From: Gemmatales bacterium
Lineage (GTDB): Bacteria; Planctomycetota; Planctomycetia; Gemmatales; HRBIN36
Length of the DNA stretch: 64,000 bases
NCBI GenBank assembly: GCA_041640595.1
Contig: JBEPZY010000001.1
Coordinates: 320,001-384,000 of the forward strand
Direction of reading: 5' to 3'
Below are positions 20,546 through 31,468 of this stretch, piece by piece (the first letter of the stretch is position 1; the number at the start of each line of letters is the position of its first letter). Position numbers and translations under genes: made by a program. A model generated the notes under the pieces. The model was not told the DNA's origin. It saw only the letters and a list, made by a program, of their open reading frames with translations, and did no database searches.

Positions 20546-20587
20546 GGATTAGAAATCCCTTGCTCTATCCAGTTGAGCTACGGGGGC
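20514..20587 (-). tRNA. tRNA-Arg(TCT), CCA not encoded; island attachment site
   Basis: GCCCCCGTAGCTCAACTGGATAGAGCAAGGGATTTCTAATCCCTAGGTTGCAGGTTCGAGTCCTGCCGGGGGTA folds as a cloverleaf with anticodon TCT. Confidence 0.95.
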
Positions 20588-20588
20588 A

Positions 20589-21195
20589 ATGTGGATGCCT
20601 TCCATCGCGTAGTGCTTGCCCTCTGCGGAGCCCAGGCCGCCAAGACTCTCAGCCGGGACGATGTAGATGCTTCCCATCGCGTAGTACTTGCCGGCCGTCA
20701 GGCGCAAGTCAGCAAGACTCCCTGTCGAGAGGCAAATGCAGATGCATCCGGTCGGCTAATGATAAGCCCTCGCCAGGGGCAGGCCAGCAAGGCTCCCAGT
20801 CGGGGGCGGTGTAGATGTATCCGGTCGCCTAGTGCTTGTCTCCTGCCAAGCCAGCAAGACTCTCAGTCGAGAGGCAATGGAGATATATCCGGTTGCCTAA
20901 TGATAAGCCCTCGCCAGGGGCAGGCCAGCAAGGCTCCCAGTCGGGGGCGGTGTAGATGTATCCGGTCGCCTAGTGCTTGTCTCCTGCCAAGCCAGCAAGA
21001 CTCTCAGTCGAGAGGCAATGGAGATATATCCGGTTGCCTAATGATAAGCCCTCGCCAGGGGCAGGCCAGCAAGGCTCCCAGTCGGGGGCGGTATAGATGT
21101 ATCCGGTCGCCTGGTGCTTGTATCCTGCCAAGCCAAGTCAGGAAGACTGCCAGTCGAGAGGCAATGTAGATGCATCCGCTCGGCTAATGCTTGCT
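20589..21195. repeat. Tandem array of ~67-75-bp related units with a 141-bp higher-order repeat
   Basis: About 9 units starting (A/G)TGYAGATG...; the 141-bp dimer recurs at 20761, 20902 and 21043. Confidence 0.8.
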
Positions 21196-21570
21196 CCCGT
21201 TCTAAATCTTACGGAACCAATGCGTCGGAAAGTAGCCAGATGTTGGCTGATCCCATTGGGCACCGTTGCCTTGCATGGTGTCCCGATAGATGGAAAGAGG
21301 TGCCTCGAATCAGTTTCGCCAGCCTCAGGCGGAGTGAATCGTCTAGCCGGCCGGTGGCTATCATAACATTGGGCCTGATAGCGTGACCGACACGTGGTCG
21401 GTGAGCGGGACGGAATGGAGAGCTGGCTCGCCGCGGGTCGAGCATTTCAGCTGGCCGCTTCGTATCGAGAAGAACAGCGCGAGCCAGGCTGTCGGCTCCG
21501 AACAGTGACGACCGGCAGGGTGAAACGGGAAAGCAAGGAGGCGGGCCCAAACCGCCATCAGGGACTCGCA

Positions 21571-22503
21571 ATGCAAAAGCCACGGCGTGAAAACCGCTTG
21601 CCCCACCTGGAGACGTTTTGCCTGGCTGCGGAGTTAGGGAGTTTCACTGCCGCAGCGCGGGCAGTTGGCATTACCCAGGCCGCTGTCAGTCAAAGGATGC
21701 ACGCGCTGGAAAGGCGCTTGGGAGTGGCGTTGTTTCAGCGTCGGGCTGGGCGGTTACAACTGACCCAGCCCGGTGAAAAATTGTATGAATACGCACAACG
21801 GTTGCGGCGGCTGGAACAGGAGGCGGTAGCCCGCGTGACCGGCTGTCGTGCAGAACAGTCGGGCGGACTGCGAATCGGAACCAGCACTGTACCAGGCGAA
21901 CATCTTCTGCCGGAGATTCTGGCTCGGTTTCAGGGACGGTTTCCACAGATCCAGATGCGGGTACAGGTGACGAATACGCAACAGGTCTTGCAGCTGGTTG
22001 AGCGAGGCCAGGTAGATGTTGGCTTGGTTGGCGCACGCAGCGACAGCCCGCGGTTGGAATTTCGGGGTTTCGCTTGGGATCGCCTGGTGCTGGTGGTTTC
22101 ACCGCAACATCCGTTGGCGAGGCGTTCGGTGGTCAATTTGCGGGAACTGACCGGGCAGCGACTCATTGTTCGGGAACCGGGGTCTGGCTCGCGACAGTGT
22201 CTGGAGCAGGCCCTGCGTCGGGCAGGATTTTCTCTGGATGACTGGCAGTCAGTGATGGAATTGGGCAGTAACTTGGCAATCCAGGAGGCGGTACAACACG
22301 GTGTCGGGATCGCCATTCTCTCCCAATACGCAATTCGTGATTGGGTCGAATCCGGCCAGTTGGTTCAGGTTTGCATCGCTCGATGGCAAGCAGCACGGCG
22401 GTTTTACGCGGTGTGGCGACGCCATAAACCGCTACCGGTTTCTGCGCAATTGTTCCTCGACGTGCTCTTTTCCCATGGCCGTCCGAGTCGAATGGTTGTG
22501 TGA
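21571..22503 (+). CDS. LysR-family transcriptional regulator (CysL-like)
   Basis: HTH GSFTAAARAVGITQAAVSQRMHALE; REPGSGSR. Start placed at ATG 21571. Confidence 0.92.
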   Translation: MQKPRRENRLPHLETFCLAAELGSFTAAARAVGITQAAVSQRMHALERRLGVALFQRRAGRLQLTQPGEKLYEYAQRLRRLEQEAVARVTGCRAEQSGGLRIGTSTVPGEHLLPEILARFQGRFPQIQMRVQVTNTQQVLQLVERGQVDVGLVGARSDSPRLEFRGFAWDRLVLVVSPQHPLARRSVVNLRELTGQRLIVREPGSGSRQCLEQALRRAGFSLDDWQSVMELGSNLAIQEAVQHGVGIAILSQYAIRDWVESGQLVQVCIARWQAARRFYAVWRRHKPLPVSAQLFLDVLFSHGRPSRMVV

Positions 22504-22713
22504 TTCGCCTGCTGCTGACGTAAACTGCTTTTCGGAGTCATAAGCGGCGTTTATGCCGGGACGTCGGGCTATAAGCGTTGCCCCATATCGCGGAATTTCT
22601 GAACAGGCTAGCATCACAACGAAGGGCAAAGGAACTGTACGGCTCTATGAAAGACGGGCGGATTTCTCGCAGATGCTCTACCCGAATTCGGCAAAGGTGG
22701 GAGACTCAGGGGC

Positions 22714-23556
22714 ATGTCCTGGTGGGTGTCGGAAATCAGCCTGCGGCTTCTAATCTTTCCGGCGTTGATGTTGGTGCTCGCCGTATGGGAAGCGATGCTA
22801 CCGCGTCGGCGCTGGCAACTGGCGAGACCGTGGCGGTGGATCAGCAATTTGGGTCTGGCGCTGCTCAACAATGTGGTGCTGCGTGTCCTGGCACCACTGG
22901 GATTGGCCGGCATTGCCCTGTGGGCCGAGGAACGCCGCCTCGGGTTGCTCCACCTTTTTGATTTGCCAGAAGTCGTGGGCGTCGTGCTTACTGTGCTGCT
23001 TTTAGACCTGATTGTTTACACGCAACACGTCGTCTTTCACCGGGTGCCGATACTGTGGCGGCTGCACCTGGTGCATCACGCAGACCTGGATTTTGACTTC
23101 ACCACGGGGGTACGGTTTCACACGCTGGAGATATTGCTTTCATTTGGCATCAAGGCTGCGGCTGTAATCTTTTTGGGCGGGACGGTGTTGGGAGTGGTAA
23201 TCTTTGAGCTGTTGCTGACAGCGACGTCGCTTTTTAATCACGCCAATGTTCGGTTACCAGTTCGACTGGAGCGCTGGCTGCGCTTGCTTGTAGTCACTCC
23301 TGAAATGCATCGCGTGCACCATTCTGCGGTCACCCAGGAACTCAACAGTAACTTCGGATTCAACCTACCCTGGTGGGATTTTCTCTTTCGAACTTACCGA
23401 CCAGAACCGTGTGATGGCCACCAAAAGATGCATATCGGGCTTGGCTGGCTGCGTGAGGAGCGTCAGGCCAACCGTTTGCCGTCTATGCTGGTGCTGCCGT
23501 TCCTGGTACGTTTACCGCAGCAGAACCAATCGCAGCAAAACCGGTCGGCGAAGTAG
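22714..23556 (+). CDS. Sterol desaturase / fatty acid hydroxylase family protein
   Basis: His boxes HVVFH, HLVHH, FNH and HRVHH; NFGFNLPWWDFLFRT. Confidence 0.92.
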   Translation: MSWWVSEISLRLLIFPALMLVLAVWEAMLPRRRWQLARPWRWISNLGLALLNNVVLRVLAPLGLAGIALWAEERRLGLLHLFDLPEVVGVVLTVLLLDLIVYTQHVVFHRVPILWRLHLVHHADLDFDFTTGVRFHTLEILLSFGIKAAAVIFLGGTVLGVVIFELLLTATSLFNHANVRLPVRLERWLRLLVVTPEMHRVHHSAVTQELNSNFGFNLPWWDFLFRTYRPEPCDGHQKMHIGLGWLREERQANRLPSMLVLPFLVRLPQQNQSQQNRSAK

Positions 23557-23585
23557 CTGCCCATATTTAGGAGCAGCTCAATAGA

Positions 23586-25928
23586 TCAAGGTTTGGCCGG
23601 CGTTGCTGGTAGCGGAAGCTGCTGCAACTGTTGACCGGTGGTTTGCCGATCCGCGGCCAGTTGCAGTTGCAAACGCCTCAGTGTTTGCTGCACTGGTGAA
23701 GGATGAGGCTTTTGTGTTAGCTGGCGAAGTTGCTCGCGCTCCTTGTCGCCGAGAAGCCAGGTGTGAGCCTGCACGTGGCCGTAGAGCGCCTGCGCTAGCG
23801 CTACCTGGACATTATCCGGACGCTGCTGGCTCATCAGGGCCTGCAGTAAAGCACGCTGCACCTGGGGGCCACGGACGTGGCTAAGAATCAGCGCGGAAGC
23901 AGGAGCCAGTGTGTCCTCGTTCAGTGTATTGAGCAGCACCGGAATAGCTGGTTCAATGGAGAAGGCAGAAAGTTCTCCGCGTGCGATACGGCTGAGCGCA
24001 TCGAGAGCTTGTTGGCGCATGGCTTGTTTTTGTTCCGGAGTGAGCGATGGGCTGGTCGGTGAAGAAACGCTTTGCAAAACGTGTTGCAGCATAGGTTCGC
24101 TAAGCGGGGCCGGGACGGCGATACCGACCGGCGCATACCGATTTGCCAGCCGTTGTGCCAGAGGTTGCAGCGATTCCGGGCCCCAGAATATCACGGGGAC
24201 AGCTGCCGCTTCCGGGCTTTGTCGCAGGAACAACAGGACGTCTTCGAGTGGGTAATCGGACAGCCGCAGGTCAAGCACAACCAGCTCGGCTGGTGCTTTG
24301 GCAACTTCGCGGAGCACGGCCCGCGCGCTACCGGTGATGACAGTCTCGTAACCCAGAGGGCGTAACCGTTCGGCTAGCTGTCGAGCCTCGACGGCGTCGC
24401 TGAAAGCCAGGAGGGCGCGTCGGCCATCGCCTCCAGTAATAGTGCGGGCCAGAATGTCCACAACGCGTGTGCTGCCAGGAAACGACGCTGACAGCGGCGT
24501 ATCAAGAATTGTCTGTGCCGCCTGCCACTGGACTCGCGGGTCTGGGTAACTGAGCGCTCGCACCAAAGGGGGCAACTGACCTGACTGAGGGCGAACTAAA
24601 CGGGCGTCGCGGATTTGAGATAGTACCTGCAGGGCGGCGAATGCCGTCATAGTTTTGCGTTCGCTGAGGGCCCGGCCGAGCACTTCTTCTATCAAACGCG
24701 GATCGGTAACGCTCAAAGCGTTCACCAGTTCAGGAGCGGTCTCGGTCAACGGCTTGTCCCAGCCGCCCAATTCGACAGCCCGTTCCAGAAGCAAGCTGGT
24801 CAGCAGTACCTGAGCCGGACGGTAATCGGGTTCGATAGCCAGTAACTTCTTGCACCAGTAGGTGCCGGCGAGGACTTCGTACTCGCGGCGGTCAACACTT
24901 TGCGCTACCAGTCCCTGGCGAGGTTCCCAGCGCCACCAAGTTAGCCGGTTGCCGGATGGTAAGGCGATGCGGCGATGGTAATGATCTTCGGCTTCACGCA
25001 TAATTGCCAGTCGCCAGTCGCCCAAGGCGAATGCCGGGTTTTCCGGCGCAGGCTGCGGCAAGGGTTGATGCAACATGGAGGCCAGAATGAGGCGGGCCTG
25101 ATCACGCAGAAGCGGTGTTTCCTTTGGATTTGCCTGCACCAGCCACAAGTACGGAAGCATACGCGGATCGCGTTCCTCCGCGGCGATTTGCAAGGCAATG
25201 CTGCGCAGTCCGGCTGATGGTGCCTCACTCAGCACGACCAACAAAGGCGCCACTGCAGCACCACGCATGTTTCGGAGAACCGTAATCACGGCATTATGTA
25301 CATCCTTTTGCTGCGGGTCAGTGAGCACCTGGATGAGTCGCGGTACGGCTCGTTCTCCTGCCAACACCAGCTGCGACATGGCGTAATGACGCTCACCAGG
25401 TCGGCCTTTGAGACGCTCTACATAAAACTGCAACAGTTTGTCATCGCCGAACCGTTTCGCCAGTGCCGAGTTCAATTCCTGCAAAAGCGCCCGTGCAACT
25501 GGAATCTGTTGTTCAGCTTTCGGGTCTTTTACCACCACCTTGTCGAGTTCCGTATGCGTCATCAGTCGGACAAACGGCGACATTCCCTGTCGGTCATGGA
25601 CCTCGAGGAGAAATTTCTGCCGTTCCTCCGGCCCGGTTTTTTGCAAAAGGTCCCAGAATCGCCTGAGCCAGTCTCCAGCACGCTGATAGTTGCCCGCATC
25701 CAGGTCAAAGAAGATGGCGTTCCAGTATTCCGGCAAAGTCGTTGGCGTGCGAACATACGGCAAAGCCACTCCTAGCTGCGCACTCGCCCGACTCGGCGTA
25801 ACTCCTGCAATCGCAGCCACCGCTACGAGCGCGCCTATCCACGCGGCTCCAATGACAGACAACCGAACCAGCGCAGGAAAAGGTTTTGCCCGTAATAGAC
25901 CCGTCAAACCGCGGATGATGGTGCTCAT
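23586..25928 (-). CDS. Exported HEAT-repeat protein with receiver-like domain
   Basis: Signal-like N-terminus ending ASA-Q; HEAT-like LVRALSYPDPRVQWQAA; receiver-like ELVVLDLRL. Start placed at ATG 25928. Confidence 0.7.
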   Translation of the reverse strand: MSTIIRGLTGLLRAKPFPALVRLSVIGAAWIGALVAVAAIAGVTPSRASAQLGVALPYVRTPTTLPEYWNAIFFDLDAGNYQRAGDWLRRFWDLLQKTGPEERQKFLLEVHDRQGMSPFVRLMTHTELDKVVVKDPKAEQQIPVARALLQELNSALAKRFGDDKLLQFYVERLKGRPGERHYAMSQLVLAGERAVPRLIQVLTDPQQKDVHNAVITVLRNMRGAAVAPLLVVLSEAPSAGLRSIALQIAAEERDPRMLPYLWLVQANPKETPLLRDQARLILASMLHQPLPQPAPENPAFALGDWRLAIMREAEDHYHRRIALPSGNRLTWWRWEPRQGLVAQSVDRREYEVLAGTYWCKKLLAIEPDYRPAQVLLTSLLLERAVELGGWDKPLTETAPELVNALSVTDPRLIEEVLGRALSERKTMTAFAALQVLSQIRDARLVRPQSGQLPPLVRALSYPDPRVQWQAAQTILDTPLSASFPGSTRVVDILARTITGGDGRRALLAFSDAVEARQLAERLRPLGYETVITGSARAVLREVAKAPAELVVLDLRLSDYPLEDVLLFLRQSPEAAAVPVIFWGPESLQPLAQRLANRYAPVGIAVPAPLSEPMLQHVLQSVSSPTSPSLTPEQKQAMRQQALDALSRIARGELSAFSIEPAIPVLLNTLNEDTLAPASALILSHVRGPQVQRALLQALMSQQRPDNVQVALAQALYGHVQAHTWLLGDKEREQLRQLTQKPHPSPVQQTLRRLQLQLAADRQTTGQQLQQLPLPATPAKP

Positions 25929-26110
25929 GCGAAGCTGCCTCCAGAGAGCGTTGCTCGGGCAGTTGCAGGATAAGCCGAATGTTACAGGGCGATCAACGTC
26001 CAGCCCCGACCTGGCACTCGATATTGGGCCGGACACTGCCGACCATCGCCGGTCGAGGAATCACTCCGATATCAGCCCCTGCAGCGCTGCCCAGGTGTGC
26101 CCTATTGCGA

Positions 26111-27394
26111 TCATACTTCCAATTCCTGGCGAATGAGGTCGGCGTAAGTTTCCCGACGACGAATCAGCCGGTGTTTGTCGCCATCTACGAGCACTTCGGC
26201 AGCTCGGCAACGACTGTTATAATTGGAACTCATGGCCATCCCGTAAGCGCCGGCACTAAAAATCGCCAGCAAATCGCCCCGTTTTACTTCCGGGAACCAG
26301 CGGTCGCGTGCCAGAAAATCGCCGGATTCGCACACCGGGCCGACGATGTCTGCCAGGCGAGTGTGCGCTATGGGAATTTCGTAATCGTCGGGTGGTGCAG
26401 GAACCTCGGCGGGTGGTTCGACGGGCCAGATGCGGTGAAAGGCGTCGTAAAGTGTTGGCCGTATCAGATCATTCATGGCAGCGTCCTGGATGATGAAACG
26501 CTTGCCCCCGCTCTCCTTGACGTACAGCACCCGACTCACCAGGATTCCGGCGTTACCAACAATAAACCGGCCGGGTTCCAGAATGAGTTGGCAACCGGTT
26601 TCTCGCACCGCGGGCACAATCACCTCGGCAAAAGCGTCCGCGGGTAGCGCTTCCTGTTTTCGGTAGTGGATACCGAATCCGCCACCTGTATTCAGATAGC
26701 GAATACCGTGGCCTTGCCGGCGTAAGGTGGCAATGAGCGGCACGGCTCGTTCCAGTGCGGCACGATAGGGTTCCGTCGTGTAGATGGGAGAGCCCAAATG
26801 CATGTGCACGCCAACCAGTTCGATGTGGGGATGATGGACCAGACCGGCCGCGATTTTCTCGACTCGCTCCCAGTCTAAACCAAATTTCGTGCCTCGTTTG
26901 CCGGTGGTGGTCTTGGTATGGGTTTTCGGATCAACATCGGGATTGACACGCAGAGCAATGCGCACCCGCTGATTTCGCCGGGTTGCGATTTCACTCAGCG
27001 CTGCCAGCTCGCCTTCGCTTTCGACGTTGAACATCAGAATCCCGGCATCGAGTGCCTCATGCATCTCCCGGTCGGTTTTGCCTACGCCTGCGAAAACAAT
27101 CCGGTCGGGAGCACCGCCGGCTTGCAAAGCGCGATACAATTCGCCACCGCTGGTCACGTCAAAACCCGTGCCGTTTTCCCGCATCAATCGGCAAATGGCC
27201 AGATTCGGGTTGGTCTTGATGCTATAGCAGATCAGCGGCTGTGCTGCTGCGAAAGCCCGTTGCAATTGATGCAGATGATGAAGCAGCGTCCGCTTGCTAT
27301 ACACGAACAGTGGCGTACCGTATGTTCCCGCTAATTCCGCGATCGGTACCCCTTCGCAATAAAGGACTCGACCACTGTAGTGAAAATGATCCAT
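26111..27394 (-). CDS. lysA: Diaminopimelate decarboxylase
   Basis: CYSIKTN (PLP Lys), HMHLGS, EPGR, GPVCESGD, GAYG...SNYNSR. Confidence 0.95.
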   Translation of the reverse strand: MDHFHYSGRVLYCEGVPIAELAGTYGTPLFVYSKRTLLHHLHQLQRAFAAAQPLICYSIKTNPNLAICRLMRENGTGFDVTSGGELYRALQAGGAPDRIVFAGVGKTDREMHEALDAGILMFNVESEGELAALSEIATRRNQRVRIALRVNPDVDPKTHTKTTTGKRGTKFGLDWERVEKIAAGLVHHPHIELVGVHMHLGSPIYTTEPYRAALERAVPLIATLRRQGHGIRYLNTGGGFGIHYRKQEALPADAFAEVIVPAVRETGCQLILEPGRFIVGNAGILVSRVLYVKESGGKRFIIQDAAMNDLIRPTLYDAFHRIWPVEPPAEVPAPPDDYEIPIAHTRLADIVGPVCESGDFLARDRWFPEVKRGDLLAIFSAGAYGMAMSSNYNSRCRAAEVLVDGDKHRLIRRRETYADLIRQELEV

Positions 27395-27634
27395 GGCTGG
27401 TGTTCCTTTCGTTGGCGGCCAATCGAACTTGCTGACCCCTGTCGAGCGTCCAGTTACCTGCATGGCAGCGAATGCCTGGACGAATGAAGCACTGGCGACC
27501 TTCTTCTGAGGACAATAAGCCAGCCGACACAGGCTCGCTATTTTTGTCGCACGGCAGGCTCGGAATACCGCCGTTGCATCGTTTTCTTTCGGCGGTACCC
27601 TGGGCATTTGCGTCAGGCGAGCGATAGTCGGCAA

Positions 27635-29086
27635 TCATCCGCGCGGTTCAAGGCGCTGTCGCCAGTATTCAAGCTGTTTTTCCACTTCCGCATAAGCAGT
27701 CGAGCCAGCGCTCCGAAAGGCAGCAAGGGCGTTTTTGACGCCTAGCACCTGGTACACACTGCTGCTCAGGCCAGGGCGTATTTCTTCCCAGGTTTCCGAC
27801 GGGAGTTCACTCAGAGTGCATCGCCGATGTTCACACTCCTGCACCAATCGGCCCACAATTTCGTGGGCTGTGCGCAGCGGAATCCCCTGTTTCACCAGAT
27901 GTTCCATGAGCGTCGTGGCGTCGAGAAAGCTGTTTTCCAGTCTCTCGGCAATGCGTTCCGGGCGTAGCCGACTGGCACGCACCAGAGGAATAGCCACCGT
28001 CAGGCAACCTTCCACGGTCTCGCTGGCATCGAAGACAGCCGGCTTATCTTCCTGGAGATCGCGGTTGTAAGCCAGTGGCAATGCTTTGAGCAACGTTAGC
28101 AGTTGCACCAATCGCCCGATCACACGTCCACATTTGCCACGAATCAGCTCCAGCACATCTGGATTTTTCTTATGCGGCATAATACTCGAACCGGTGCAGA
28201 AACGGTCCGGCAATTCCAGAAAACCAAATTCGGCAGTTGCCCAGAGAATCCATTCTTCTGCCCAGCCGCTCAAGTGCACCGCCAGGAGTGACAGGGCACT
28301 GACAAACTCTACCGCGAAATCACGGTCACTAACGGCGTCGAGGCTGTTGCGGCAAATCTCGGTAAACCCGAGTTTCCGGGCCACGCTGACACGGTCAATC
28401 GGCAACGAGGTCCCGGCCAGCGCAGCCGCACCGAGAGGAGAGATATTGACTCGTCTGCGGCAATCGGCCAGGCGGTCGCGATCCCGCTGCCACTTTTCGA
28501 TCCAGGCACAGAAATAGTGCCCTGCCAGGATCGGCTGGGCTCGCTGCAAATGGGTATAGCCGGGCAGAATCACATCAAACTGGGCTTCTGCCCGTTCCAG
28601 AAACGCACGCTGGAATTCGCTCAGCAGGGCATCTATCCGGTCAATGGCTTCGCGGATCCAGAGCCGCAGGTCGGTTGCCACCTGATCGTTTCGGCTGCGA
28701 GCAGTGTGCAGCTTCCGTCCCAAATCACCTAATCGCTCGATCAGCGCCCGTTCCACGTGGGTGTGAATGTCCTCCAGTTCCGCCCGCCAGGTAAATTGAC
28801 CACTGGCGATTTCATCCCGAATACTTGCCAGGGCTTGCACAATCTGCTCAGCTTCTTCAGCGGTGAGCAATCCCACTTCGGCCAGCATCTGGGCGTGGGC
28901 CTGACTGGCACGGATATCCTGCTCATACAGCCGCGCATCAAAGCTAATGGATTCCGTGAAGCGTTCAACAACGTGTTCCGTCGGCTCGCTAAATCTGCCA
29001 CCCCAGGTTTTACCGCTCACAGTTGGCCTCGTTTCCTGTTTACTTGCCGGCTTATCGCGCAGAAGTTCGGTCGGACCGGATACCAA
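27635..29086 (-). CDS. argH: Argininosuccinate lyase
   Basis: [42 protein letters not shown]. Exact start uncertain. Confidence 0.96.
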   Translation of the reverse strand: MVSGPTELLRDKPASKQETRPTVSGKTWGGRFSEPTEHVVERFTESISFDARLYEQDIRASQAHAQMLAEVGLLTAEEAEQIVQALASIRDEIASGQFTWRAELEDIHTHVERALIERLGDLGRKLHTARSRNDQVATDLRLWIREAIDRIDALLSEFQRAFLERAEAQFDVILPGYTHLQRAQPILAGHYFCAWIEKWQRDRDRLADCRRRVNISPLGAAALAGTSLPIDRVSVARKLGFTEICRNSLDAVSDRDFAVEFVSALSLLAVHLSGWAEEWILWATAEFGFLELPDRFCTGSSIMPHKKNPDVLELIRGKCGRVIGRLVQLLTLLKALPLAYNRDLQEDKPAVFDASETVEGCLTVAIPLVRASRLRPERIAERLENSFLDATTLMEHLVKQGIPLRTAHEIVGRLVQECEHRRCTLSELPSETWEEIRPGLSSSVYQVLGVKNALAAFRSAGSTAYAEVEKQLEYWRQRLEPRG

Positions 29087-29192
29087 TTACCGCAGGGCAC
29101 GGCGTGCATCCGAAGATTGCCCCTCCACGCGATTTTCGGGCGTGCCTTCGGGGACACAGGCAGTCCGATGATGCGTTCCCCTGCACCCGAAG

Positions 29193-30953
29193 CTACGCCA
29201 GCCCAAGCTCTTTCAATTGTTTTATATCCACCGGCGCAGGAGCACCGGTCATGAGGTCTTGGGCGCGTTGAGTCTTGGGGAAGGCGATGCAGTCGCGGAT
29301 ACTGTTCAAACCCGCCAGCAGCATCACCAGGCGGTCCAAACCCAGAGCGATGCCTCCGTGCGGCGGAGCTCCAAATCGCAGGGCATCTAACAAAAAGCCA
29401 AAGCGTTTGCGGGCCTGTTCCTCGTCCATGCCGATGCAACGAAAGACTCGCTGCTGGACATCCGGGCGATGGATACGGATACTGCCTCCGCCCAGTTCAT
29501 ATCCATTCACGACCAGGTCGTATGCTTTCGCCCGAACCGAGCCGGGCTCACTTTCCAATCGGTGCAAATCTTCGTCCATCGGACTGGTAAACGGATGATG
29601 GTTAGCAACCCAGCGGTTTTCTTCATCGTCCCAGACAAGCAATGGAAAGTCCACCACCCACGCCAGAGCAAACTGTCCTGGCTTCACCAGGCCGAGTTCA
29701 GCCGCCAGGTGGTTCCGCACTGCTGCCAGAGTATCGCAAACGACCTTCTCAGTGTCCGCAACAAAAAGCAGCAGATCGCCAGGCCGAGCCTGGAATCGCT
29801 CCCGCAAACTTTGCTGGACGGCCGACGGGAAAAACTTTTCGATCGGTGATGTAAACTTCTCCGCTTCGACCTTGAGCCAGGCCAGTCCCTTCGCACCATA
29901 CCGCCGGGCAAACTCTTCCAGTTCCTCCAGACGTTTCCGGGAGAATTTCTCCGCTGCTTGCGCTGCACATAAGCCGCGTACCACGCCACCTTGTTCGACG
30001 GCCGCTCGAAAGACGCGGAAATCGCTAGCCGGAGCCAGATCGGTCACGTCCACAATTTCCATGCCGAAGCGGAGGTCGGGTTTGTCGGTTCCGAATCGCC
30101 GCATGACTTCCGCGTACTTCAACCGCGGTAATGGCGTGGCCACGCTATATCCAAGCAATTCTCCGAACACACGAACCAGGAAACCTTCGATCACTTCCAT
30201 CACGTCGTCCATCTCTACAAAAGACATTTCCACGTCCAGTTGCGTAAACTCGGGCTGGCGGTCGGCGCGCAGGTCTTCGTCGCGCAGGCACCGTGCGATC
30301 TGATAATACCGATCCAGCCCCGCGACCATGAGAATCTGTTTGTAAAGCTGCGGCGATTGCGGTAGGGCATACCAGCAACCGCGATGCAATCGGCTGGGCA
30401 CCAGGTAATCACGTGCACCCTCCGGTGTGCTGCGGCCTAGCATCGGCGTCTCGACTTCCACAAAACCTCGCTCGTCGAAATAGCGATGCACCAGTTTATT
30501 GAGGCGATGACGCAACAACAGAACCTGCTGCATGGCCGGGCGACGCAAATCCAGATAGCGATAACGCAAACGAATTTCCTCGTTGACCGGCTCATTACCG
30601 CTGATCTCGAAAGGGGGAGTGTCAGCACGGTTGAGCACTTCTAAGGCTTGAGCGCGGACTTCGATGTCGCCTGTGGCCAGTTTCACATTACGCGTTCCTT
30701 CTGGTCGAGCGGTTACGGTTCCGGTAACGGCGATTACCCATTCCGCCCGCAATTCCCTAGCCTGGGCGTGCATCTCGGCACCCGCGGCCGGGTCAAACAC
30801 CACCTGCGTTATGCCATAACGGTCTCGCAGGTCAACAAACACCAATCCGCCGTGGTCGCGGTATGAGTGAACCCAGCCACAAAGTGTTACCGTCTTGCCA
30901 GCATCCCTCAGACGTAATTCGCCACAAGTGTGGGTTCGTCGCCAAGTTGCCAT
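29193..30953 (-). CDS. aspS: Aspartate-tRNA ligase (likely non-discriminating)
   Basis: RTHTCGEL, RDHGG, STPEGARDYLVP, RDEDLRADRQPEFTQLD, GAPPHGGIALGLDR. Confidence 0.97.
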   Translation of the reverse strand: MATWRRTHTCGELRLRDAGKTVTLCGWVHSYRDHGGLVFVDLRDRYGITQVVFDPAAGAEMHAQARELRAEWVIAVTGTVTARPEGTRNVKLATGDIEVRAQALEVLNRADTPPFEISGNEPVNEEIRLRYRYLDLRRPAMQQVLLLRHRLNKLVHRYFDERGFVEVETPMLGRSTPEGARDYLVPSRLHRGCWYALPQSPQLYKQILMVAGLDRYYQIARCLRDEDLRADRQPEFTQLDVEMSFVEMDDVMEVIEGFLVRVFGELLGYSVATPLPRLKYAEVMRRFGTDKPDLRFGMEIVDVTDLAPASDFRVFRAAVEQGGVVRGLCAAQAAEKFSRKRLEELEEFARRYGAKGLAWLKVEAEKFTSPIEKFFPSAVQQSLRERFQARPGDLLLFVADTEKVVCDTLAAVRNHLAAELGLVKPGQFALAWVVDFPLLVWDDEENRWVANHHPFTSPMDEDLHRLESEPGSVRAKAYDLVVNGYELGGGSIRIHRPDVQQRVFRCIGMDEEQARKRFGFLLDALRFGAPPHGGIALGLDRLVMLLAGLNSIRDCIAFPKTQRAQDLMTGAPAPVDIKQLKELGLA

Positions 30954-31468
30954 AGTTCGCTTTCTCCTGTGTACGATTGTTTCGTTGCAGGCCCGATCCC
31001 TGGGGAAGATTGATAAGTTGATTGCTCCAAAATGGTCTGGCACATTGTGTAAGTCTCTTCAGGAGCCGGGCTATTGCTCCGCCAGCTTTGAACAAACTGG
31101 CCAAGCAACGCCTCATTATACACCGTTTGGAATACCAGGAACCCACATTACCACCCAGTCTAGGCAAGCATGGTGCGTTGCTATCCCGGTCAAAGTTAAC
31201 AGAAACTTAGCACCGGTTTGAGCCTCATGACTGTGGCTCGTGGTTACTGCACCGGTCAGGGTGTGGCGGGAACGGGAGCGAGGGAGGCAAAAAAAGCCCT
31301 GGCAAAGTTGCTATACCGATTAACGTGTGGCAGGAACCCTTGTTGACCGGCATCATAGCCGGAGTCAGCCTTTCGTATTGCCGGGATGCTTTTTGATTGC
31401 CTGATGACAGTCGGCGTGCATAAACTAAGCGAAAACCACGCGATGGTTCACGTTCCTGGCCGTTGCGG

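Noticed and set aside
20573..21169. 198-aa repetitive ORF
   Set aside because: Product of the tandem repeat; overlaps the tRNA and has no RBS or recognisable domain.
21394..31043. Extended N-termini in the ORF track for LysR, the HEAT protein, lysA and aspS
   Set aside because: Family-typical starts lie downstream (21571, 25928, 27394, 30953).
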